64,000 nucleotides of DNA, taken from an uncultured Acidobacteriota bacterium (GTDB lineage Bacteria; Acidobacteriota; Terriglobia; UBA7540). The stretch covers positions 1,152,001 through 1,216,000 of the forward strand of contig CAWDSK010000005.1 of assembly GCA_963804995.1 (NCBI GenBank), read 5' to 3'. Positions 8,525 through 16,314 of the stretch are shown in pieces. The position numbers and the translations under genes were made by a program. The notes below the pieces were generated by a model. The model made no database searches, was not told the DNA's origin, and worked only from the letters and a program-made list of their open reading frames with translations. Position 1 is the first letter of the stretch. Every line of letters starts with the position of its first letter.

Positions 8525-8557
8525 CCCACACAGATTTGTCGCACACCCAGGTGTCAG

Positions 8558-8656
8558 GAACGTGTGAAAAAATTGATATTCGGCCCGTTATCCACAATGT
8601 ATATTGTTGAAAATACAGAGTGCCAAAATTGTTAAAGTCGATTTTTTCACACGTTC
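8558..8656. mobile_element. 99-bp MITE with IS1182-like ends
   Basis: GAACGTGTGAAAAAAT / ATTTTTTCACACGTTC (15/16 identical to the IS1182 ends at 140 and 1908); CAG duplication; no coding capacity. Confidence 0.85.
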
Positions 8657-8659
8657 CAG

Positions 8660-8818
8660 ACACCATTTCTGGTGGTCGGCGCCGGAACCAAACAACGCGA
8701 CCCCGGCGGAGTCCGGCCCCCGGCAGGCCAGCCCCTCTAACATCGTGATGAGGATCCGCCCGAGGTTCGAGTTCCGGTTGTCCCGGGTTTTGTCGAAGAA
8801 TCCGGCTATTCCGCACAT
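8660..8818 (-). pseudogene. 5' fragment of a class II glutamine amidotransferase (GlxB/MgsA-like)
   Basis: MCGIAGFF...LITMLEGLACRGPDSAGVALFG, cut off at the GGTGTCAGACACC repeat. Confidence 0.75.
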
Positions 8819-8912
8819 GTAAATTTCCTGAGGATTCCGGTATACTAGCAGTATACGCGATGGGTTTCAAGGTTTTTTGGAGAGATTACGACTGAAAAGG
8901 ACAGGCGTTAAT

Positions 8913-9275
8913 TCACCGCAGAGGCGCGGAGACGCTGAGGCACAGACCAAAGGAAGTGCCAGGTTTCAGGAGTGAGGTTTCGGGTGTTAGGTTTTAGGGT
9001 CCTGAGTCAGAAGTTCGCAGACGAAGTCTCAATGGGTTCAAAGTCGACCCCCTCACCCGTCCCACCCCGGCTGATGAAAACGCCGGTGGCGGTCCACCCT
9101 CTCCCCCAAAGGGGCGAGGGTGGAAGTTCAACTCTCCCCTCGGTCGCCGCGGCGACAGAGGGGCCGGGGGGTGAGGGGGTTCTCTAATAATCAGCGAACT
9201 TCTGACTCAGGACATTAGGGTTTCACTAACACCTGATACCTTTCTCTTCTCTGCGCCTCAGCGCCTCTGCGGTGA
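8913..9275. repeat. four-layer nested palindromic repeat/MITE complex
   Basis: Outer tcaccgcagaggcgc...gcgcctctgcggtga; heptamer run; inner element 8998-9214 with 20-bp inverted repeats and a TTAG duplication; innermost accccctcacc...ggtgagggggt. Confidence 0.8.
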
Positions 9276-9302
9276 GAATTATTTTAGGGGGGTAAGCATT
9301 TC

Positions 9303-9962
9303 ATGGCAACACTTACCAATAAGCGCTCCAGGTCCAAAGCGGAACACCTGGGTGAGGTGGAGAGGGTCTACCGTTTGCTGAAATCATGGCTGGTGGAGGC
9401 GCAGTTGGCTCCGGGCGATATCCTCTCAGAGATTGACCTCGCCTCGCGGTGCCGAACCAGCCGCACCCCGGTCCGTGAATCCTTCAGCCGCTTGGCTCAG
9501 GATGGCTGGTTGAAGCGAATTCCACGGAAGGGCTATCTGGTCGCGCCCATTTCGATTCGCGAAATCGTGGAACTCTATGAGTATCGGAAAGTTTTGGAGT
9601 GCTTTGCGGCGGAACGCGTAGCTCAATCCGCCAGCCCGGAGGTCATCAAGGAATTGGAAGGAATCGTGGCCATCGAAACTACTGACGGGGCGCCGTTCAC
9701 CGAGATTCTTGCCGCCAATGGCGCTTTCCACCTCCGGCTGGCCGAGCTCTCCATGAACGCGCGCATCGCGAGCCAGGTTTCACTGGTCCTCTGTTATGTG
9801 AAGCGGCTCGATACCATCTGCACGCAGAGTGTTCCGGGCTGGATTGGACATCAGGAAATTATCAGCGCCTTGCGGGCGCATCAGCCGGAGGTAGCCCGCG
9901 AAGCCATGGCAAGCCACATCGACCTCTCCCGCGACAAGATGCTTCGATTGTTTGGAGCCTGA
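9303..9962 (+). CDS. GntR-family transcriptional regulator (FCD type)
   Basis: LAPGDILSEIDLASRCRTSRTPVRE winged helix; N..FH and H..I motifs of the FCD domain. Confidence 0.92.
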   Translation: MATLTNKRSRSKAEHLGEVERVYRLLKSWLVEAQLAPGDILSEIDLASRCRTSRTPVRESFSRLAQDGWLKRIPRKGYLVAPISIREIVELYEYRKVLECFAAERVAQSASPEVIKELEGIVAIETTDGAPFTEILAANGAFHLRLAELSMNARIASQVSLVLCYVKRLDTICTQSVPGWIGHQEIISALRAHQPEVAREAMASHIDLSRDKMLRLFGA

Positions 9963-9967
9963 GCTGC

Positions 9968-10021
9968 TGTAGCGGCGGTCTGCGACCGCCGGATTTTCGG
10001 CGCTCATAGAGCGCCGCTACA
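9968..10021. repeat. GTAG-type REP doublet between convergent genes (may aid termination)
   Basis: tgtagcggcggtctgcgaccgccg...cggcgctcatagagcgccgctaca. Confidence 0.75.
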
Positions 10022-10054
10022 AAGAATGAGTGTCACTATATTTTGCAAGATTCA

Positions 10055-11365
10055 TTAGATGACCAGCGCCGCCACCGGCACCGTGCTGCGTTCTCCGCCG
10101 ATGACCACAATGCCGGAATCGGTTACGTGCCAGCCGCGCGCGCGGTCGGCATCGAGATCGTGGCCGATCGAAGCGTCTTCAGGAACACGCACGTTCTTAT
10201 CCAGGATGGCGCGGCGCACCATGGCGTGGCGGCCGATGTCGCAGTTGTCCATGATGATGCTGCCTTCCACGTGGGCGCCGGTGTGGACGCGGACGCCGCG
10301 TCCGAGAATGGAGTTGCGTACGATACCGCCGGAAAGAATGCACCCGCCGGACACGATGCTGTCAATGGCCTCGCCGCGCCGATGGGCTTCGTCGAAGGTG
10401 AACTTGGCGGGTGGGTCAGGGTAGCTGGCACTGCGCAGGGGCCACTCGCGATTGTATAAGTTGAGCTCGGGCATGACCGAGCGCAGGTCCATGTTGGCTT
10501 CGTAATAGGCGTCGATGGTGCCGACATCGCGCCAGTAGGGGATGGAGCCTTCGGGCTCGCCGGGAATGCGGTTGGTCTGAAAGTTGTAGGCGTAAAGGGG
10601 GGCGTTGCCGGCGAGCTTGGGCAGGATATCCTTGCCGAAATCGTGGTGACTCGCGGGGTCATTGGCGTCGGCCTCGAGCAGATCCACCAGCGTTTCCTTG
10701 TCGAAGATGTAGTTGCCCATGGAGGCGTAGACCTGGCTGGGATCGCCGGGCAGGGTAGGCGCATTGGCGTTTTTTTCATGAAAAGCCAGGATTCTTCCAT
10801 CTTTGTTGGCCTCGATGACGCCGAATTCGGCGGAGTGCTTTCGGGGTACGGGGATGGCGGCGACGGTTACTTCCGCGTGCCTGGCCATGTGGAAGTCGAT
10901 CATGCTGGCGATGTTCATGCGGTAGATGTGATCGCCGCCGAAGATGGCTACCACGTGCGTGTTGGACTGCTGGATGAGGTTGAGGTTCTGCAAGATGGCG
11001 TCGGCCGTCCCCTGGTACCAGGTTTCGTCCTCCGAACGCATCTGGGCCGGCACGGGGATGATAAAGTGGTTCTTCAGGACTCCGCTGAACTGCCATCCTT
11101 CGCTCAAATGCTGGAGCAGCGACTGGCTGCGGAACTGGGTGAGCACATAAATCGAATTGATTCCGGAGTTGATGAAATTGCTGAGAACGAAATCGATGAT
11201 CCGGTATTTGCCTCCAAAGGGAACCGCAGGTTTGGCGCGTTCCCGCGTGAGGGGAAAGAGCCGGGTTCCCTTGCCGCCGGCGAGTACGATGCCCAGGACA
11301 CGAATGTGCATGGCCCCTTCCTGGGCCAGTACCGGTTTGGGTTCGGCGATACGCTTCTTCGGCAT
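10055..11365 (-). CDS. glgC: glucose-1-phosphate adenylyltransferase
   Basis: LAGGKGTRLFPLT..RAKPAVPFGGKYRIIDF, WYQGTADA, GGDHIY, SMGNYIF, YWRDVGT; the start could also be 11311. Confidence 0.96.
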   Translation of the reverse strand: MPKKRIAEPKPVLAQEGAMHIRVLGIVLAGGKGTRLFPLTRERAKPAVPFGGKYRIIDFVLSNFINSGINSIYVLTQFRSQSLLQHLSEGWQFSGVLKNHFIIPVPAQMRSEDETWYQGTADAILQNLNLIQQSNTHVVAIFGGDHIYRMNIASMIDFHMARHAEVTVAAIPVPRKHSAEFGVIEANKDGRILAFHEKNANAPTLPGDPSQVYASMGNYIFDKETLVDLLEADANDPASHHDFGKDILPKLAGNAPLYAYNFQTNRIPGEPEGSIPYWRDVGTIDAYYEANMDLRSVMPELNLYNREWPLRSASYPDPPAKFTFDEAHRRGEAIDSIVSGGCILSGGIVRNSILGRGVRVHTGAHVEGSIIMDNCDIGRHAMVRRAILDKNVRVPEDASIGHDLDADRARGWHVTDSGIVVIGGERSTVPVAALVI

Positions 11366-11656
11366 GTGGGGCTCCAGCGAGAGTTGCTCTAAACCATTTT
11401 ACCAGAGTGGGGGTGCGAGCCGAAGGCGGGAAATCTGCACGTCCGGCTCCTCGACATGGGGCGTGGAAGTCGGGTCCGGTATCGCTTGCTCACCTCCTCG
11501 GCATTTGCAAGTCGGCGACTATTTGTCACCGTGGGACTGTCCCACTTGTTACTCTCCGCGGGGCATAGCGGGCGAGGTCCCACATATTCCCCCGCCCACA
11601 TGCGTTTTTTTCCTATGACTTTTCACATGCGGCTTTTCCGGCTTTCCATCAAGAAC

Positions 11657-13135
11657 TCAAGACTCCGCATCGGTGGCCGCTGAGTCGACGGTGACTGTCC
11701 CCAGTAAGTCTTCTCTTGAGGGCCTGCGGTCATCGACGTATCGGCGGTAGGCGTGCAGCGGCAAGTAGAGGAAGCAGATTCCGAGTCCCAAGAAAAACAG
11801 CCAGCGTCTTCCCGGTCCTACGGCGATATCGGCAGCATAGTAGCCGCCGTAGATCCACACGAAGAGGAAGAACACCCCGATGGCCAGGGCGATGTGCCTG
11901 AGGAACCCTGGCATTCGTACCGGGCGGTTGAGCGCGGGGTATTTCTGCCGGTACAGGAAATAGCCGATCAGGGCCAAGGCGAGCGCGAGCAGATAACCCA
12001 TGTTCGAGAAGATGTAGATCTCCAAAGGCGAACCGAGGAACACGACGATGATCGACGCCACCAGATTGAAGACCATGGCAAAGTCCGGCACGCCGTGGCG
12101 GTTGGTGTGTTGGAAGAACTTGGGAATCACTCCGTCCTGCGCCACCTGGTAGAGCGACCGGCCGCAGCCCATGATCGCGTTCAGGACGGACAGCAGCAGC
12201 GCCACGATGAGCGGGATGCCGATGATCCATTTCACCCAACCCTCGCCGCCAAAGATGGCTTCCGTATAAGACAGGAATGCCGTCAGGGGATCGACTTCAG
12301 ACCTGCCCAACACGGCCACCAGGAGCAGGGGAATGGCCACGTAGATGAACGACCCGTACAGACCGGAGGCGCTCATGGCGATCTTGGCGTCGCGGGTCGA
12401 GTCCTTGCACTCCCCGATATAGCAAGCGGCCGCTTCCGTAGCGAGCACCGAATAAGTCATGATGAAAATCCAACTGATGAAAAATGCGAATGTGCCAGCC
12501 TTCGGGTCAGCGAGACGGAATCCCGCGACATTGCTCCAATGGAGAGTCGCGGGACGCAAGAAGGGGATGAAGATCAGCAGGGTCAACGGCACCATCGAGA
12601 CGACGCCCAGCACTGTGGCGAATCGTGCCCCCAGCCGGATACCGAGGTAGCACGGGACGAACAGGATGAGCAGGCCGACGATGCTGAGGATGAGCACGTT
12701 GAGGTTGATCGGCGCACCGACGGGCGTGAGCTCCCGGCCCAAAGGAATCTTCCAGAGCTCCGCGATGTATTTTGCGGCGAGAATCATATTGAGGGGCGCT
12801 ACCGGAAACCATCCCAGACCATAGCTCCAGGCGGAGAGCCCACCCACATGCTTCGCCACACCCGGGCTAAAACCTTTGAAGGTCTCGAACGCGTAGGAGG
12901 GCAGACCGCCGGTGCGGTCCGGCATCATGGCGGCCAGTTCCGCAAGGCATTGGCATAAAACCATTCCTGCGACGCTGACCAGAAGAAAGACCGGTATTGA
13001 TGCCGCCCCCATGCCCTGTACGGCGAAGGGCGCGACACCCGTGACGAGGATGGTCCCGGCGAGGCCAATGACGAAGGCGCCCCACCAATTGGTTCTCTTG
13101 GGAAGGCTGGCAGGAGTTTTCGGAGATGCGGGCAT
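11657..13135 (-). CDS. APC-family amino acid/amine permease
   Basis: About 12 hydrophobic segments; AELAAMMPDRTGG, YIGECKD, GRSLYQVAQDGVIPKFF..TNRHGVP. Confidence 0.9.
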   Translation of the reverse strand: MPASPKTPASLPKRTNWWGAFVIGLAGTILVTGVAPFAVQGMGAASIPVFLLVSVAGMVLCQCLAELAAMMPDRTGGLPSYAFETFKGFSPGVAKHVGGLSAWSYGLGWFPVAPLNMILAAKYIAELWKIPLGRELTPVGAPINLNVLILSIVGLLILFVPCYLGIRLGARFATVLGVVSMVPLTLLIFIPFLRPATLHWSNVAGFRLADPKAGTFAFFISWIFIMTYSVLATEAAACYIGECKDSTRDAKIAMSASGLYGSFIYVAIPLLLVAVLGRSEVDPLTAFLSYTEAIFGGEGWVKWIIGIPLIVALLLSVLNAIMGCGRSLYQVAQDGVIPKFFQHTNRHGVPDFAMVFNLVASIIVVFLGSPLEIYIFSNMGYLLALALALIGYFLYRQKYPALNRPVRMPGFLRHIALAIGVFFLFVWIYGGYYAADIAVGPGRRWLFFLGLGICFLYLPLHAYRRYVDDRRPSREDLLGTVTVDSAATDAES

Positions 13136-13669
13136 TCCCTTTTTCCCTTTCGAAAGTTTTTCGGTTCCTGAGGGTCCTCGAATCCCCAGCCCCCCAAACG
13201 GGAAAAGTTCAGCTCACGCGAAAGCCTAAAAGCGAAATTGCCCCCACCTCTGAAATGGGTCGGGATACAACTCCACTGCGGTGGAAATCCACCCGAAGTA
13301 GGAGGTCAGGCCGTTTAAAGGTGAGCCTCCACGTTGGACCTAAGGTTTTGTGCCCTGCTTATGCTAGCACGGAATCTTGGAAACTCATCCCAAGATACCT
13401 ACGCAAAGAGCGGTTTATTCACCGGGGGGCGTGTCCCTGGCATTTGGTTTCGGCACACAAGCAAGTACATAACGCCGCCACTCCTTGCCGGGGAGGGAGA
13501 ACGGCGCAGGCAGGAGCGCCTGGGCTACGCGGACACGCCGCGTTTCTCTCAGGGGTTGGCAATTTGCTCTGGTTTTGAGAGATGGAAGCGAACGGATTGT
13601 GTTAAAGTCTGACTCCGCAACATCGACTCCATGCCAGGCGTAAATCGAATTTCAGGAGAAACTATTGCC

Positions 13670-15046
13670 ATGATCAATCGAAGAGAGTTCTTGAGGAACA
13701 GCGCGTTGGGTATGACCGCGGCCGGAATGGACGGCCGGCTTGGCGCAAGCGGCGCGCTCGCTGACGGAGTCCATTTTCACCAGTCGGGCTTCGGCCCCGA
13801 CCCCGCGGGTTGGACCGCCTGGAGCGTCCGGGCGGAGACTGCGCCTCGAACCTTTGTCGATCCGGCCGTCTCCTGCGGCGAGGCCGGCTCGCTCGGAGTC
13901 TCCGGAGACGGCAACATTGCTGCCTTCGGAGGATGGCAGCGCACCCTCACCGGCATCAAGGAAGGCGCCTGGTACAGGTTTGTGGCCCACTACCGGGCCG
14001 TCGGCGTGACCAGCGAGAATTGGCAGATCGTTCCGGACCTTTACTGGCAAAAGCCAGACGGCAAGCAGATCGGAAATGACGACCGAGTGGATTATGCCGC
14101 CCGTTCCGTGCGTAAAGGCCGATGGACCGAGGTGAGTCTCGAGGTCCCGGCGCCGGCTGGGGCAACCTACGTCGTTCTGGAACTTTTCCTGGCCCACGCG
14201 GCAATGGGCATGGTCTGGTGGGACGACATTTCCTTCGATGAGATCCCTGCGCCCCAACCGCGCAAGGTGACGATCGCCACGATCAACCTGAAGCCGTCGA
14301 ACACGGGCACGGTCGCGGAGAGTGTGCGGCAGTTCATCGAGGCGGCGGAGCGCCTGGCTCCCGCTCACACCGACCTTATTTTGCTGCCGGAGGGCATCAG
14401 CGTGGTGGGTACGGACGCGAGCGGCCTCACCTGCGGGGAGGTTGCCGAACCGGTGCCCGGTCCCACCACCGCCCGCCTGGGAGAGCTCGCCCGCGCCAAG
14501 CACGCCTACGTTGCCGCCGGCCTCTATGAGCGGGAGCGCGGCGCCGCATACAACACTGCTGTGCTCATGGACCGCGAGGGCAAGCTGGTGGGCAGGTATC
14601 GCAAGGTGTTCCTTCCGCGCGGTGAGATGGTGCAATTGACCCCGGGGAATGAGTTCCCCGTCTTCCGCACGGATTTTGGAACGGTCGGCATCATGACCTG
14701 TTACGACGTGTTTTTCCCGGAACCGGCGCGCCAACTCGCTCAGCGGGGGGCGGAAATCATCCTGTTGCCGATCTGGGGTGGAGACGAGGTGCTGGCCACA
14801 GCGCGCGCCATCGAGAACCAGGTATTCCTTGTCACCTCCGGCTACGATCACCCCACCTACATCATGGACCATGACGGAAAACGGATCGCCCAAGCGCCCC
14901 AACGCGGAACGGCAGCGGTGGCCACGATCGATTTGAACGCGCCCAATTTCTATCAAGGGATAACTGACTGGAAGGACCGCCGTCTGCGAGAGTACAGACC
15001 GGAGGTGGTGAGGGAGTTCCTGTACTCAGGTGGGAAGGCGGAATAA
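13670..15046 (+). CDS. Tat-exported carbon-nitrogen hydrolase with an N-terminal CBM-like domain
   Basis: INRREFL twin-arginine signal after SD AGGAGA; E-K-C triad (LLPE, YRK, TCYD); beta-sandwich-like segment ending VWWDDISF. Confidence 0.85.
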   Translation: MINRREFLRNSALGMTAAGMDGRLGASGALADGVHFHQSGFGPDPAGWTAWSVRAETAPRTFVDPAVSCGEAGSLGVSGDGNIAAFGGWQRTLTGIKEGAWYRFVAHYRAVGVTSENWQIVPDLYWQKPDGKQIGNDDRVDYAARSVRKGRWTEVSLEVPAPAGATYVVLELFLAHAAMGMVWWDDISFDEIPAPQPRKVTIATINLKPSNTGTVAESVRQFIEAAERLAPAHTDLILLPEGISVVGTDASGLTCGEVAEPVPGPTTARLGELARAKHAYVAAGLYERERGAAYNTAVLMDREGKLVGRYRKVFLPRGEMVQLTPGNEFPVFRTDFGTVGIMTCYDVFFPEPARQLAQRGAEIILLPIWGGDEVLATARAIENQVFLVTSGYDHPTYIMDHDGKRIAQAPQRGTAAVATIDLNAPNFYQGITDWKDRRLREYRPEVVREFLYSGGKAE

Positions 15047-15115
15047 GGAATCCCGGGGGACTTGATCCATCTGAGGGCGGCGCGTCCCGGATGACATCTC
15101 GGTGGTGGGCTTCAA

Positions 15116-16192
15116 TTAGGTTGTTTCGGTGATGGCTTTCTGCATAGCCCAGAAGTTTTCCATCGGCGTGTCCAGTTGCACGTGGTGAGTGGGGGCCAGG
15201 ATCAAGCCGCCGTTCTTGCCCATCGTTTTGAGCCTTTCCTCGACTTCCTGGCGAACCTCCTCGGGAGTTCCAAACGGCAGGGTATGCTGCTCGTCGATGC
15301 ATCCCCAAAAGCAGAGCTTGTCTCCGAACTCGCGTTTGATCTGGGCGGGATCCATGGAGGCAGGTTGAATGGGGTTCAGGACATCCACACCGATCTCGAT
15401 CAGTTCGGGAATGATCGGCGTGATCATGCCGTCGGAGTGATAGGCAACCTTCACTTGCGGATTGATAGCTTTGAGCTCGGCAATGAAATTGGCCAGGCGC
15501 GGCTTAAGGAATTTGCGCCAGCAGTCCGGGGAGATGATCATGGCGTTCTGCCCGCCCACATCGTCACCCGTCCAGACCATGTCGACGCCCATCTCCACTA
15601 GCCGCTTGGCTGCAGTCAAATGGTATTGATAGGGAATGTCGAGAATCCTCTCCGCGATTTCAGGATTGAGCGCGAAGTCCATCAGGAGCTGTTCCAGCCC
15701 GCGCAACGCCCAGGCACATTCGAAGATCGTCGTTACGGTGACGCCCACAATCCAGAATTCATCCTGGAAGTCCCGCAGCGTCCGCGCCGCATCCTCGTAG
15801 AGTTCCGGGCGGGTGGGGTCCGGGGGATGGTAAGTTTCAAGAGCCGCATCCTCAGCAAGGGGATGTGTGGCCATCTCCGTGTAGCTCCCCTTGCCGTACC
15901 GGGTGGTGTACTCACATTGCTTCCACCCTATCCCCCATTCGTCCGTGTAATCGCCCGGCTCCTGGTAGTAGCAATTCGCCCAGCCCACCGAGGTCAGCAG
16001 CATATCTTCATCCAGAGCGCGTTCCAGCTCGTAGGTGTTTCCCCCACCGTGCGGGTTGTGCGCTACCCCGCTCTTGTGGAGCATGTCCAGGCGGAGCCGG
16101 GAAGCAAACTCCGGCGTAAAGCTGATCTGCATCGGACATCTGTCCGGCTGCTCATGATTGAGCGCTATAAGAACTCTGTCCCGATGTTTCAT
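15116..16192 (-). CDS. uroporphyrinogen decarboxylase (URO-D/CIMS-like) family protein
   Basis: R.RVLIALNHEQPDRCP, DEWG, FECAWALRG, GDDVG, YHSDG, LNPIQP, LAPTH. Confidence 0.88.
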   Translation of the reverse strand: MKHRDRVLIALNHEQPDRCPMQISFTPEFASRLRLDMLHKSGVAHNPHGGGNTYELERALDEDMLLTSVGWANCYYQEPGDYTDEWGIGWKQCEYTTRYGKGSYTEMATHPLAEDAALETYHPPDPTRPELYEDAARTLRDFQDEFWIVGVTVTTIFECAWALRGLEQLLMDFALNPEIAERILDIPYQYHLTAAKRLVEMGVDMVWTGDDVGGQNAMIISPDCWRKFLKPRLANFIAELKAINPQVKVAYHSDGMITPIIPELIEIGVDVLNPIQPASMDPAQIKREFGDKLCFWGCIDEQHTLPFGTPEEVRQEVEERLKTMGKNGGLILAPTHHVQLDTPMENFWAMQKAITETT

Positions 16193-16246
16193 CGCAGGTC
16201 CCTTCCTTCTGTTTTCCTGACATCTGCCTAATAGGGTGACGGTTGA

Positions 16247-16305
16247 ACCCCCTCACCCGCCCCGATGCATCGGGGCACCCTCTCCCCCAAAAGGGGGCTA
16301 GGGGG
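16247..16305. repeat. CCCTCACCC/CCCTCTCCC-type palindromic repeat
   Basis: Same family as the innermost layer at 9047-9180. Confidence 0.7.
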
Positions 16306-16314
16306 TAAACTTAA

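Larger units (their letters stand above)
6712..8548 (+). mobile_element. ISKra4-family insertion sequence (1837 bp)
   Basis: Ends GGGTGCGCGACATAAAT / ATTTGTCGCACACCC; 9-bp direct repeat AGGTGTCAG (6703-6711, 8549-8557). Confidence 0.85.

Noticed and set aside
1..8680. Classical integron
   Set aside because: No IntI gene in the window and no convincing RYYYAAC...GTTRRRY attC pattern by eye. Not formally excluded without IntegronFinder.
13136..13630. Riboswitch upstream of the APC permease
   Set aside because: Small hairpins are present but I recognise no aptamer consensus; an Rfam scan is needed.
11753..14956. Long antisense ORFs 11753..12958 and 13652..14956
   Set aside because: They mirror well-supported genes on the other strand, which is common in high-GC DNA.
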